Assembly (NCBI GenBank): GCA_964187785.1
Contig: OZ076409.1
Coordinates: forward strand, 78,494,001 to 78,558,000
DNA length: 64,000 bases
Origin: Amphiscolops sp. MND2022
Lineage: Eukaryota
Direction: 5' to 3'
Made by a program: the position numbers and the translations under genes. A model generated the notes under the pieces. The model had not been told where the DNA came from, did no database searches, and saw nothing but the letters and a program-made list of their open reading frames with translations. Shown here piece by piece: positions 33,476 to 48,200 of this stretch. The number at the start of each line of letters is the position of its first letter. The first letter of the stretch is position 1.

Positions 33476-36450
33476 ATGCCTTGAACTATAAACCAAAGAG
33501 CAAAGGAGAGACGCTCTAGGCAATTGGACGTTTTGTCCGATGTGGATATTTTTGATAAAATGTTAGGCAGTTGTTCAAAGGATGGTGAAAGGAATGATCA
33601 GTGTGAAAAAGAACTAAATTTGGACTCAGGGTCCAGTAGGCCACAACAAAGTTCCAACTTGGTAGGAGAGGATTTTAGATCACTACTCAATACTAATAGT
33701 AGAGAAAACAGCGAGGTGACCATATAGACAAATAGAATGATTAGTGATGAAATTGCCAATGAAGCCACAAGGAAGTTCAATGATATCAGATCTAGCTTAA
33801 ATTTGCAAATTTAAAAAGCTATCAGCACTTCAATCACTCGGACCGTGCTTCCGTCATTACAAAACACTTTAGTTACGCGCATGGGAGAGCTAATTTAACC
33901 ATAAGGGACCTGAGGGCCAATGGGCTACAGAAGAGCTTCAACTTTCACCCCGGTGGACCGAAAGTCCAATGGGCTACAAAGGAACTCCGAAGTTGTAAAT
34001 CCTCAGAAAACATGGGAAAGTCACCCCAAAGTAGGTTTTCCTCCTGAAACGCAAAGACAAATGTCTGGCGAAAGTCCAGTAGACTCTCACACAAGCGAAC
34101 AAAATCGCGACATAGTAACACCAGCCAACACTACCCGGCATACGGTTCCTGAAATCCTCACTGGATGGCCCTTGCAACCCCGCGAACAAGACTCCGGCAA
34201 TGACGAGTTTCAGGACCTGTCCCTCCATTCCTTGAGATTACCAACAACACTACCCCTTCAGACGACACTAACAGTCTTGCTGAAGTATTGGTCGGCATGA
34301 ATAACCTTCCGTCAGCACAAACGCTGATGGTACGCCCAGTCAGCACATCTACACTGACGTTTGACGGCAAATCGGAGAATTTCGATTTTTGCAAAAATCT
34401 TATTCACACAATGATTAAAATGCAGCCTGACATGACTGAAGCAATGAAAACAAACCATTTCCATTCATTGCGACGCAAAATTGCACTCCAAACGTTCCGC
34501 AATATCAACACGGCAAATAGGCAGACATTGGAGGACATCTCGGCCGTATTTCGTCGGAAATACGTTAAACCTGAGTCCCAGGCGACCGCCAAACACAAAT
34601 GGCACAGACTGGTGTTTGACTCAAACACAAAAAAACAGCCCGATTTCCTTAAAGAACTCAATCAAGGAGCTAAAAAAGCATTTGGCGAGAACGCTAAGGC
34701 ATTGATTGATAGCCTCCTCTATGCCAAATTCTCGTCAAAACTGAAACGCTCAGTCAATATGGCTCAACTTGAAAACGCCACCTACGAGGAAATAGCTGCC
34801 CATTTAGAAAGAGAATTAGAAATGAACGGACGTGAGGAGGGTGACGAGATTCCTGTACCAACAATGTCATCGGCCCCGGCAGCAACACGACCGGAACAGG
34901 ACTCATTTTCATCTGTATCGGCGCAGGGATTACGAGCAACTATTGCCAAAAACCAGGTCATACCAAAGACGAATGTCGCAAACTAAGGCGCAGGGAGGAA
35001 CAAAAACGCAATGACAGCCAGTCTACTTAAAAAGAGTACTCAAAGTGCCCCACTTGTGACAAAACGAACCACCCGGCGGAACGGTGTTGGAAAGGCGCTG
35101 GAGCCCACCGCAAACCTAAAAACCTCACATTAGAGGATTCTAAAACTGATGAGGCGTCCACAAGTCACAACGACGTCAACAAAAAACAAACATGTTCCAT
35201 TCTGAAAACCTCAAAACATTAGATTTGCCACGACTCCAAATAAATTAAAAACTTCGAGTTAGACAGTATATAATCCGTGACCCTTCACACATATATTACA
35301 CTGAATATTATACAACAGTTAACGAAACCTCATCAGCTGACTGGCAGCAACTGATGAAAACTGCACCCATTCATTTCACCACTGGACCACACGTCCCACC
35401 GACTACAAAATTATACTTCCAGTATCCGACTTATACCGCTAAGTGACGACTATAACCCCAATTACCCCGACCCTGACGTTGGCTTTGACCCCTACTGGAA
35501 CGCTAATTCCTACAATCAACATCATCTATTTTTTACAACAATCATAACAAACCAGATTAGGACATAGAGCTGGATTGTTTTGGAACCGACCAAGCTCTGA
35601 AAACCGTCCTTGCAAACGCTCGAGTTGACCACTGGCAACATGGTCAACAACTCACTCATCAACCGACTCATCCTGACGCTGACAACGATTTCCACCGTGG
35701 GGGACCACAGGTCTCCCTGGCTAAAGTCGTGGCAGCACGTTGTTTGAACACCCTAGTCACCATAACAAGGGAACCAGACTTTGTCCCGGTGACAACCAAT
35801 CTTGGCCTCAAATATAGGCGACGACTGCTCTGTTTTCCAATGGATTTCGGGGAATTCACTTTAGATGGCCTTGTTGACACGTAAAATCCGCTTACTAGCA
35901 CCTCCGTCCATTATTAAAGAGTACCCAGCACCCAACTTCTAAATAATGTAGCTAATGGACAGCTGGAAACTCCGAAGAGCACAGTTAAGTTACGATTTGA
36001 AGTCGGCGACAAAGATTTCCATGAGATTTTCATAGATGGAAAAACTCACCATACCACTAATTGGTCTTTCGTTCCTTCAACGTGTGTCTCATTTTCCCTT
36101 TTTCTGGATTCAATTAAAAACAGCTGATCATAAATACACCAACGTCACGGAACTCATTTGCATTAGGGAGGATGTAACCATCCCACGTAATGGCCGACAA
36201 TCGGTCCTAATAGCTTCACACTTGTATTGTAACGTATGTCGACCAACGGTCGATAGAAATGCTTGTTTTCAATTCCGCCAGCAGAACCTTTGCATACAGA
36301 AGATTGGCACAAAGACTTAGTCGATCCCTTTCAGCGTTTTCAAGTTTTACGCGCGAATAATTGGACAAAGTCATCGAAGCAGACCAATGTGCCCAATACG
36401 TTGATGATACGACGCCGAACAACTAATTAACAACCTTAAGGCCACATTTC
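33476..36450 (+). mobile_element. Second decayed, internally deleted Ty3/Gypsy element
   Basis: gag-like ORF 34288-34986 (TFDGKSE); knuckles C.YCQKPGHTKDEC and CPTCDKTNHPAERC; protease DGLVDT near 35870; RT remnant SAFSSF..QCAQYVDD at 36330-36410, similar to the RT of the first element. Confidence 0.85.
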
Positions 36451-39218
36451 ATCCTTCGTTCATCCTTCGTTCTTCCTCTCACCCTTTTCCGCTTCGGTTT
36501 TAGCCTTACAAGCTAAGTCCATTCGTGTGTCCAGCTTAGACTGGGACAGGAAGTCACTAACTCCTAAAGCCTTGACATCAGTGACAAAAAGTTTCAGGAC
36601 TCTTTGATGCTCGTTTTCTGCAGGAAGACTGTTTGGACGAATACATCTCCTCTCCACTTTGAAGAGGAACTGGCTCAGCTCACGGTACACATGGAATCCT
36701 CGGTCGCGGCGCTGTTTCAAGTTCAACCTGAAACTAATGATGTAATCTCGGACCAAGCAGTAAAAGACCTGTAGGTGAGTCGGAAAGAACTTGTCGTACA
36801 CCATGAACCAGTCTAAACTCTGCGCTGTAATAACCATGGAATCCATGAAATACCTTGAGTCTGAGGGGCTAAATCAAGGAAAGCATGTAAAGCTCACAGC
36901 ATATGATGTTAGGAGACATAATAACCATGTGTGTTTAAAGGTCCTAAAGTCTACATGTTTGAACTTCTGAAGTTCGTCTTGGAACCCTAGTGAAGGTAGA
37001 CTTCACCTGTTTCCGGACCCCTTGAATTTCTTGGGAAGCAGAGTGTTGCATTAGGTAGCCTGTCACTTTGGTCCAGTTCTTTAACAACTGCTGACATAAC
37101 GCTGGTAAACTGCTTATTTCCAGCTGGCAAGTCCTGATGCCCTGCAATACAGAACATTACAAGAAGATGCAGCTAAGTAAAATCTGTGATCTTGCATAGT
37201 GAAAATTACCTCAAGTAATTCTGGCGACGGCATCACCCATTCTAACTCAAGACGAGATCCAAGGGAGACGATCAGATATTGGAGAACCGCAAAGAATTCT
37301 ATGCGCCCAAAAACACTAGAAGCCTTCTTGTGCATGAGGGTCTTCAGTTGCAGTTCTTCAAATCGGGGTGGACTTTGGATTGTATATTAGTCAATGGGGC
37401 TATTGTCCAACAGTTCTACTGTGTGGGCTGTACACCCAGTTATGCTGATAATTTCAGGCCCAGTCGAAATGGCACCTGAGATATAAATGTGACCTCTGCT
37501 TGACTCTGGCTCTGAGTCGTTCCAGTTTTCTTAAGGAAACCCCTGCATAATTGGTCCCCTTGGCAGAATCGTAGAATTATAAGCAAGAAGATTCCATCAC
37601 AGGCGAACTCCAAAGCATACTCATTGTTGGAAACCACATGATGCCCGATGTCACTGATAATCTCGAGTAACATGCGGTGGAATAGCACCTAAAATGTAAA
37701 CCAACTGTAGTCAAGGCTTGTGTAGACAACTTGGCCTTACGACCCTTAATGAGAGAATTTTCATAGATTCAGTTAAACTACGATCTTTATTTTTATATAA
37801 GCCTCCGTGTATATATCACTGACCGAAGGTAAGTACCTACTGTAAGGCGCTCGTTTGTCCAATTGAAGTCGGTGAACAGGTACTGGTGGTTCACAACGAC
37901 CCCTATATCCCTTAAGAAATTTCGAAGGACGTCAATGTCGCTATACGAAAGAAGGAACCGCCCTAGCACTAAGATCTGTATCTGTGCCCGATTTTCTGAT
38001 GAGGACGACATATGATCGACTCCAGCCATATACTCATCATAAAAAGGAAGCTTTTCCCAATGTCCACCAATTCTACGTCTTTAAACTTCAAGAGCCAACT
38101 GATATGGTGTGAGAAGCTTGCATTGTACTTCGGATATAACATCAATACTTCCGATGTAGCGCAATGTTTTCGAACCTCGCCTCGACCGTCCCTTTCGTGA
38201 CACGCAACTTAAATCGGATATAACGTCACAAGTTCAGATATAGCGTGCTGGACTACTGAGAAACATAATTTTAAAACAAAAAATGATCATTTTCAAATGT
38301 CTGACAATTTCAAAAAAATGTGAAAGGGGGCCCTTTGGGCTTTTTTAACATCCAATTTGTTGCAAAATATCAAAAATTCAATGAGGGCCCATTGGAGACA
38401 TTAAAAAAATTTCCAAAAATGTTTCACAGTGTCACAAAATCGAAAGAGGGGTATTTGGCGAGCATTTTTTTCAATAATTGTGCAAAAGACATGGCTTTTT
38501 TCGGCACTGTGCGACTTTTCTCGAAACAAATATCTTTAGGTAAAATTGTACCTCTTCACTTTTTACAAACTTTTTGGCTTGTAAAAAACGTTTTGCCAAG
38601 TTAATAGGTCTCGGTTTGGGGTTTTCCGTACTATGAGACTTTCTCCGAGAGAAAAAATCTTTAGTCTTGCCCGGTTTTTTATGTTACGATAAAAAAGGAA
38701 TAAATGGAAGGGAGACCCTTTGTACTAATTTAGATGCGTTTTAGCTGGCCGTTCCAGTAGATTAGCATCCATTCCGTTGTCTGACGAAACAACTTGCCAC
38801 TATGACAGTCGCGCTCATTTTGTTAAAATGCGCCGCTAAAAACTCAGCTATTTAGAATACTCTTGCATGAAAAAAATTGACGTTTTTAAAAGAAATTATT
38901 GCCTAAAATGAACAAACAAGTGTCATATTTCACATTTTCTGACTGATTGATGCAATTTTCCTCCATGAAATGTTGTCCCTAAAAATCAAGGACGGAAAAA
39001 TTCTGATGATTAGCGGATATCTTGCTTTAATTTCAAACCCTCATATTTTGATGAAATTTTGATGTCTCTAATAAAACAAAAGTTTTTCAATTGTGTTGTA
39101 ATTTGCTGAATATGACATGTTTGGCTGTCTCTAATTTATCAGATGTGAATAAATTTTTTAGGGTTGTTCGAGTTTGATCGTGATTTTTTTCGATGTAATT
39201 TTTTCCGATGTGTTTCAG

Positions 39219-42200
39219 ATCAAGAAAGCCTGGATGTCGACGTCAGTGCAATGTTAGTCATCAAAACATAATTAATTTAAAATGCCAATCAATCGATTGA
39301 ACAACTAGAAAAATGACTTCGTGAATTGAAGTTTGTGGCTTTTTGATGTAATTCTTGCAGTTTCTGACCAAGTGTTCAACCATTTGTAAATGCTGCAGAT
39401 TTTTCCGCTCCCTTTATGCAATTCCAAGCTACTTTCAATATACCAAAAAAGCTTTTGTTCTCTCATCTAATTACATTCTACAACAAAAATTGGCATCAAT
39501 ATTTTTTAATCTCTAGTTTTTATCGAAGAATTGGAGAAAGCTGAACTGAAGAGTGTAATCTGATTTTAATCACGTGGACTTTCTAAGCATAATGAAGTTT
39601 AAAAAAACTTGTCGTCACACAAAAATCAACCACGGTGTCTTTCTGTCATTTTATATAGCAACAGTCAACAAATACTGCACTACATAATCTAAACGTATAT
39701 AACTTCACTGCAACAACACTTACAAAATTACTTCACATTTTCATATTCATATTCTATCTAAAACAAGTATTTTATACATCACTTCTTACACTACAGAGCG
39801 TTGAGCCCCGTAATGACTCAACGAACAGCCTTTTCGGACGGGGCGGCGGCTCTGTATCTGGATAGGATTCCGCCGCAACCGGGGGCTGAAGACATGCCAG
39901 ACATGCCGGGTTTTTTACCCCAAGTTCCGATGGCATCCAGTGATGGTACCTCAACTCCTGTGCTGAGAGACATCCTGTCAGTTCGACCTTTGACCTCCGC
40001 CGATCGTGCAGCTGAAACTCGAAGTTAGTTCGTTAAAAACTCTGTCACAATCTTTGTTTTAAAAATGTTTATTGCAAATTTGTATTTTTTGACCTCAACG
40101 AAAATTACGTAAATAGAAGTATCTAGAAACTGAAGTTTGAAGGCAGTAAAAATAAGTTTAAACTTCAGTCTATGCTCGCAGGTTGCTGAAACTTCGCACT
40201 TCTATGCTGAAATTTTTGACTTTTCCCCTTTGTAGTTTGCATTTCTTTTCGTAGGCCATATCTGTCATTTCAATGGTTATTTCTCATTAAAAAATTCTCA
40301 TTTTTAAAGAGTAATTCCCGGCTATATAAAAGTAATAACCTCGAAGCATACTTGTTTGGCAGTGGCTTTGAACGAACACCTTTTCACATTTCTAGGTGCT
40401 AAAAGAGAAAATGCTCTCAAAAAGATTTCTTACCCTTTCGCCCAGCCACAGCGAGGTGTCTACCTTGGGTCAAACGAAGATCTGACCTTGAATTCTGTGC
40501 CTGTGCCGACTTTTTCCGGGAGCCGTGTCAGAAAAGCGCCCATTTATTTTTTCCCAGAATCATCAGTCATTCAATCAAACGAGCTTCAAACTTCAACTTC
40601 CGCGAACAGCACATCAATACAAGAAGAGAGGTCACCTAAACTTAATGTACAAACAATTGAACCCCCAATGAACATGCTGTCACCTCCCAGCAGTGCCAGG
40701 TCATTCCTCTTCACAGTGAAGTCTGCTACCTCTAAGAAACTCTCATGTGGGAATGACCCGGAACTGACAAGGCCGAGTACCAGGGCTTTGTCCATTGTCA
40801 GTATCGACGAGCAGTTCCAACGAGACGACGAAGTGTCTTTAGCAGGAGACTTCAGTGAAACTGCGAGCGAGTTTGGTGGGAGAAGGTCAACCAGGAGGTC
40901 CAATGTTGCTGATCGAAGAAAGCAATTCGGAAAAACGAAAATAAACGCTGACCCCATTAGAAGGTCATTTGATTCCGAGACAGCTCTTCGCTCATCAACG
41001 GAGGGTGGCTTGGATCAAGGTTTTAGAGTTCTTTCTCCTCATTTCGAGTCCCCGTTGGATCAAAACTCACGCGTCAAAGGGAACTCATCCGAGTCGGTAC
41101 TGCTGGACAGGTTAACTCCTCACAAAAAGATTCCTCCAATTAGGAGAGACTCAAAAGCAGGTATTGAGTCATCTTCTCAAATCGAGAAAATGGTGAAAGA
41201 TGATGTCCTGAAAGGAAAATTAATTTCCGCCACTCAGCCCGCTGATTTTCAACATGAAAACCCAGGTGACGTTTTTCAACTGGTTTTGGACGAAAAAGAT
41301 AAGCAGAAAGTCTCGAATGAACCCACAACTGACCAAAAGTTGAGCCCAGAAGTGGATAAAGAGGAAAATTCAAATGCTCAAAATCAAAATTCGTCCGAAA
41401 ATGGAGCCGGAATTAACAAACCTCAAGATTCCAAAAAGAAAGTACAAATATCCAAAGATGCTAAAACAACTGCCGAAGCCTCTACAAAGCAAGTGAAGGA
41501 AGATTCAAAAGAAAATGCTGACACAGGGCACGTGACAGTTGCTCGTGAGGTCACAAAGTCGGCTCCAAGCCCAAATGAACATGTCATTGAGAAAGAAAAA
41601 ATGCAAATAGAACAACAGTACATGCAGCAGTTGAACAAAGCGCGGCAAAAAATTTCAGCCGGTTCAAATTCTAGCGTGACCAGTTCTAACCCAAAACAAA
41701 CAAACACACCAAATGGTGCAAAAATGTCAACAGGTACAACCAGTAATTCAACAGTCAATGAGAGACCAAAAGCCGCCCAAGTGAACAAAAATAAACCTGG
41801 GAAGGAAAAGGAGAAAAGTCCAACGAATCAAAAACCAGATGAAGCAAACAACAAACAGAAGCAAGTCAAAACTGAAACAAAAACACAAAATGGTAAGTCT
41901 AACACTGACGCGAAAATGCAAGGCAACAAGCCGGCTCCCGCTAAAAATGCCGGCAGAAAAGTATCCAGCGACGAAAATGGTTTGGCCAAGACAGTTCCTG
42001 CGACTCCAGCTGCTAAAGTTGGTAACAAATCTGCTGCAAACAATCAAAGTAACCAGAGCAAAGGTGGAACTTCAAGAAAATCATCAGTTTCGTCTCAAGT
42101 GGGAGAAAAAGAAAATGTTGTGACGGTTAAGTTTGATGGATCAAAAGCGAAGGTTTCAAACAATGCCACGACATCCGAAAATCAGACAGCCAAAGAAACT

Positions 42201-45200
42201 TCACCGGTTTCAAAACAGACCAACCCTGACAAGAAAGAAACTGAAGCAGATGAAAAAGAAGCTCAAACAAAACCTGGGCTTAACGAGGTGACAGCTTGGA
42301 CACCTTTGATAAAAAATGCAATTGACAGTATAAGCAAAGACGCACTGATTAATTCTCAGGCTGCCTTCGAAAGTGAACTTTCGGCAATGACTGCGCCAAG
42401 CATTCCGGTGAAAAAATTCGAAGTCAAGAAAACAAAACCAGATCCGAAATTGATCTCTACAAAATCAAACACTCAAAACACTACAAACAAGAAACCACCT
42501 GCCCCTAAATCTTCCACTGCCAAAATGGGCAAAAAAACAGGAAATGGTTCAGCTGCAGCCAAAGATGACGCAAAAAATGCGAATAGTGACGTAATACCAA
42601 ATGACGTCAAAGGTTCTGAGAGAGAAAAATCCAATCTTGACGCGGTATACAAAAATTCAGACCCCGGTACTTCAGTTTTGATATCTGGAACCAACTGGCA
42701 TATTTCGATTCCGATGGAACCAATTGAGAAATTAAGCGATGCTGAAGGAAACATAACTGTTCAAAATTCTGACAATGACGTCATCAAAAGTGCAGACAGT
42801 AACATTGAAGTCAACTGCACTGAAAATCCCTCAGTAAGTGTAAGTGGAAGCTCTCACAGCTCTGCTCGAAGATTAAGTGAAGAAGAAAAGCTTCAATTTT
42901 ACAAACTTCTTGGCAACACACTAATCAAAGAGGGTCAAATAAGTGATGAAAACAGAAGCGAGTCGGACACAATGACCCAAATCGACGATGACAAGTTTTT
43001 GGATGACATCAATGAATTATTAGGAAGTGATTACGTCAGACCTTTGACGGGTGATCCTTTTAAGGAGATCAGGCCGTTAACTAGTGAAAGCCACACAGAC
43101 AGAAGGTTATCGGGTGAAGAGGAATTTTTAAATATCGGAAGAAGGGGGTCTAATGAAACCCTTGGGTCCTTAGAGAAACTAACGGAGAACCAATCAATCA
43201 TCAAGAAAAACACAGACCCTGAAAACGAGGTTTTCAATAACTGTGGAAGAGGTGTGTACGACATTCAAGAGGAGTCTTGGACTTCGACCATGCATAGTTT
43301 GAAGTCCAACATTTCATCAGGGACATCAACACTTTCAGGAAACTCAGAGGTATACCATTTTATATGGCAACGTATTCTTTCATCATATAGTGTTGAACAA
43401 TAAGATTATTTTTCAAGCTGCAAGAGTCCAAAGTGGATTCATTATCAAGATTGGAAGTAATATGTTTTGTTGAATTACAGCCGCGTAAACACCGAAACAG
43501 CGCAAGGACCAAAAAGCCGCATCTATCTTCGAAGCCATGAGTTATTATCATTCATCACATTATTTCATTTTTTTCCTCAACTCAATGCATTGAAAGTATC
43601 TCTCCAACAAATCAATTACTTAGGAGTTTTTGTCTAAATCAGGAGAAAAAGTGTAACACGAACTAAAGTATATAAATTTTTCAATTCTTTCATCATACAC
43701 CTAATGTCCCCAATGAAAGATCCGTCCTAACTCGCTTTTAGGTCATAACCCCGCAGATGAGTAGAGAGGTCACTGACATGGGAGGTGTGGATGGGGGTTA
43801 CTACAAACTAGCCAAGGAGGGGGGGCAAACAGGGGGATTGGTCTACTGGAAAAAGGGAAACAAGTTGGGTCATGGGGCCTTTGGCACCGTCTGGCAAGGT
43901 CTGACCTCGACGGGTCAACTGATCGCGGTCAAACAGATCAGTGTAAACTTTGACACTGAAACTCAAGCGAAGGAGGAACATGCGAAACTGCAGGAAGAAG
44001 TTAACATGCTAAAGAACTTGAAACATAAAAACATCGTCAAGTAAGTTCGTCTTACGTTACCCTCAAACATCGTCCAACCTATAGCATAAAACTTTAATTA
44101 GTTGAAACTTTAAAAAAACTTCAGTCAACGTGGCATAATTTTGAAGAGGTCGTTTTTAGGGGGAAATTACAGGCCTGTGCGCAAGGAAGATTCCTTTTCC
44201 ATGCATTTCCCATGTATTTTTCATATATTTGTATATATATTTTTTTGAAATTTTTTTCTTATTATCCTAATAGATAAATTGGCATATTTGGATTTGTCGT
44301 TACCCTGTGTCAGGTACATTGGCACCACAATCGACGACCAGATGTTGAACATTTTCATGGAGTACATTCCCGGGGGTACGATCTCTGGCATCCTGAAAAC
44401 ATACGGCAGACTGGAGGAGAACGTCATTTCCAGCTACACCTGGCAGTTAATCAACGCTGTCATTTACCTGCATGACAACAACGTTGTTCACAGGTTATCA
44501 ACAACACACATTCTAAAACCCCAACAAGAGCAATTACATAACAATTACGTAAACATCACACAACCCTGCCATAATTCGACATTGGGCATAAGTTGAACAT
44601 ATTTGTATGATTCGAATGGTGTGTTTTCAACACTTTTTAGTGAAATGCATTAACACCATTTGCAACATATGCCCAATCTAATTGTTTCTTATCCAGATTC
44701 GGTGTTCGAACAAAAACGTGTTAAAAGTTATAGCAAATTCAATTAATGACTTGTCAGCAATTATTTGAGTCAAACAGAAAAGGAAATGCATTCCCGTCAT
44801 TGTTCAAGGTCACAGGAGTCGTGTTCCTAATTAATACCCTAAGGGAAACAATAGCAACACACTGTTGTTGTCAATTTGAAATCTAAATTTAAGAGAAAGT
44901 CTTTTTCTGTCGCAAACTGGTTTAATTGCAACTTTTTAATCATCAGGACAAAATTTCTGATTTATTGAAGGAAATTGAAAAATATATCATATAAGTCTGC
45001 TTTAGACATACATCAAGACTTCAATTTTTATGAACATGATTCTCTCAAAAGCAATAAGTACAAGGTAGTTTCGGCAACGAATGAAGAAACACAAGCGAAA
45101 CTTTCAAGAAGGATGCTACTTACAGGTTGTCCTAAAGTAGAAGTTATAACAATATAGACAATTTAGACAACATCTATAGACAACATCTATAGACAATTTA

Positions 45201-48200
45201 GCATATTAGGTACAAGAAGAGATTTTTTCAAAATGTGATCAATAACAAAAACGAGAAATCAACGTTGGCAGAGGGACTCTAAGCTCACGCTGCCACATTT
45301 TTTTGACAAAAAGTAACCTTCAAGCTGCTTGAACATTTTGTCCAATGTTCGGGCTCTAACATTTAAATTTAATTTCAAAAGTATTTAAAATTCCCTGATT
45401 TCCTTGTAAGCTGGCGCATCGTTTTTTAAAAAACGTTCCCGACTTTTAGAGTGAGTAATTTTTGTGAGTGAGTTGAATCTGCTAGGAAATTTTCCATGCT
45501 GCTTTCATAAATACAAGGCTATTCTTTTTTGAACAAAACATCCAAAAACCCTTGAGCCTGCCTGAAAAAAATGCAGAATTACAATGCAGCTTCCACTATT
45601 CCAATCAAAACTGAAAATAACTGTGTTTTGTTTCCACACTTCAGTTTCTCAAGTACACAATCACCGTTACCCAAGTTGAGACTGCCGGATTTTTTTCATG
45701 CAGCAGGCCTGCCTGCATGGATGGTGATTTTTTTAATGAAACCTAGAACATTCAAGTAGCGCTTCTGATGTATATTGTGTAGGACTACACCGCTCGCAGT
45801 TTCCACTATGGCAATTAAAACCGAAAGTAATTCCAACTTTGGTACTGACACGATCACGTTTAATTCAGACTTTGATTTTTCATCCTGAAAACATACGGCA
45901 GACTGGAGGAGAACGTCATTTCCAGCTACACCTGGCAGTTAATCAACGCTGTCATTTACCTGCATGACAACAACGTTGTTCACAGGTTATCAACAACACA
46001 CATTCTAAAACCCCAACAAGAGCAATTACATAACAATTACGTAAACATCACACAACCCTGCCATAATTCGACATTGGGCATAAGTTGAACATATTTGTAT
46101 GATTCGAATGGTGTGTTTTCAACACTTTTTAGTGAAATGCATTAACACCATTTGCAACATATGCCCAATCTAATTGTTTCTTATCCAGATTCGGTGTTCG
46201 AACAAAAACGTGTTAAAAGTTATAGCAAATTCAATTATTGACTTGTCAGCAATTATTTGAGTCAAACAGAAAAGGAAATGCATTCCCGTCATTGTTCAAG
46301 GTCACAGGAGTCGTGTTCCTAATTAATACCCTAAGGGAAACAATAGCAACACACTGTTGTTGTCAATTTGAAATCTAAATTTAAGAGAAAGTCTTTTTCT
46401 GTCGCAAACTGGTTCAATTGCAACTTTTTAATCATCAGGACAAAATTTCTGATTTATTGAAGGAAATTGAAAAATATATCATATAAGTCTGCTTTAGACA
46501 TACATCAAGACTTCAATTTTTATGAACATGATTCTCTCAAAAGCAATAAGTACAAGGTAGTTTCGGCAACGAATGAAGAAACACAAGCGAAACTTTCAAG
46601 AAGGATGCTACTTACAGGTTGTCCTAAAGTAGAAGTTATAACAATATAGACAATTTAGACAACATCTATAGACAACATCTATAGACAATTTAGCATATTA
46701 GGTACAAGAAGAGATTTTTTCAAAATGTGATCAATAACAAAAACGAGAAATCAACGTTGGCAGAGGGACTCTAAGCTCACGCTGCCACATTTTTTTGACA
46801 AAAAGTAACCTTCAAGCTGCTTGAACATTTTGTCCAATGTTCGGGCTCTAACATTTAAATTTAATTTCAAAAGTATTTAAAATTCCCTGATTTCCTTGTA
46901 AGCTGGCGCATCGTTTTTTAAAAAACGTTCCCGACTTTTAGAGTGAGTAATTTTTGTGAGTGAGTTGAATCTGCTAGGAAATTTTCCATGCTGCTTTCAT
47001 AAATACAAGGCTATTCTTTTTTGAACAAAACATCAAAAAACCCTTGAGCCTGCCTGAAAAAAATGCAGAATTACAATGCAGCTTCCACTATTCCAATCAA
47101 AACTGAAAATAACTGTGTTTTGTTTCCACACTTCAGTTTCTCAAGTACACAATCACCGTTACCCAAGTTGAGACTGCCGGATTTTTTTCATGCAGCAGGC
47201 CTGCCTGCATGGATGGTGATTTTTTTAATGAAACCTAGAACATTCAAGTAGCGCTTCTGATGTATATTGTGTAGGACTACACCGCTCGCAGTTTCCACTA
47301 TGGCAATTAAAACCGAAAGTAATTCCAACTTTGGTACTGACACGATCACGTTTAATTCAGACTTTGATTTTTCAACTAGATCTGATGTTATCACGGCTTC
47401 TCAAAAATCATGCAGAAGGTGGCGCTAGTTTGCAGTTTAAAACGTCACTGAAAATATTTTGCAATAAAAAGGCAGGTAAAGTTGATATCGTTTCAGCTTC
47501 CTTTACAAATAGAACTGAAGTATAAAACCTGCAAGACTTCACAGCTCAAAACTGCCGCCAATTGTTTAATGAACTTCTTAAGCAGCTTGACGATTGTCGA
47601 AATTACCAGGGAAATGTTTTGGTATGAAAACTTCCTTTGGAGTTTTTGAAAAATATTATAAACGTTGCTGGCGACTTTCAAGAACATGTACAAAGCAAGT
47701 TCAGAATGCTTTGTAAAATTGCGTGCTGAATATTATAGTACTTTGAAATCTTTCACGTGACTGAAGCTGTTTTGCATTAAAATGACGATAAAATTGATAA
47801 GGTGCCGACCGCAATAAAAAACTATTTTAATTTAAAACTTAATTGCAGCCCAATTCAAGATGCATCTTTTAGGCAGCTTGATAACAATCAATTTGAACTG
47901 CGAAACTTTAATGCATGAAAGATTCGGTAAGAGTTTGATAACATCATGATTTGTTCGCTTGGTAACCAGTTGAAGCTTGGAAAAAAGTTGATGCAATTTC
48001 AGCCAGATACATCTTTTTGCGAACGAACGTTCGCCTAAAGAGCATTCCAAACAAAACCGAATGATTAGCTTACGTTTTCCATTGAATTACAGATGTATCT
48101 AAGGCCAAATTGTGAACTGTGCTATATTTGTTCCACGAAATAAATCCATTTTGATTTTTTATTGAGAAATGAAGTTTCTTCTGGTCCAAAGGATTCTCCG

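Noticed and set aside
45881..45985. Second functional kinase exon
   Set aside because: It lacks the 5' 75 nt and a credible acceptor; it is part of the tandem duplication.
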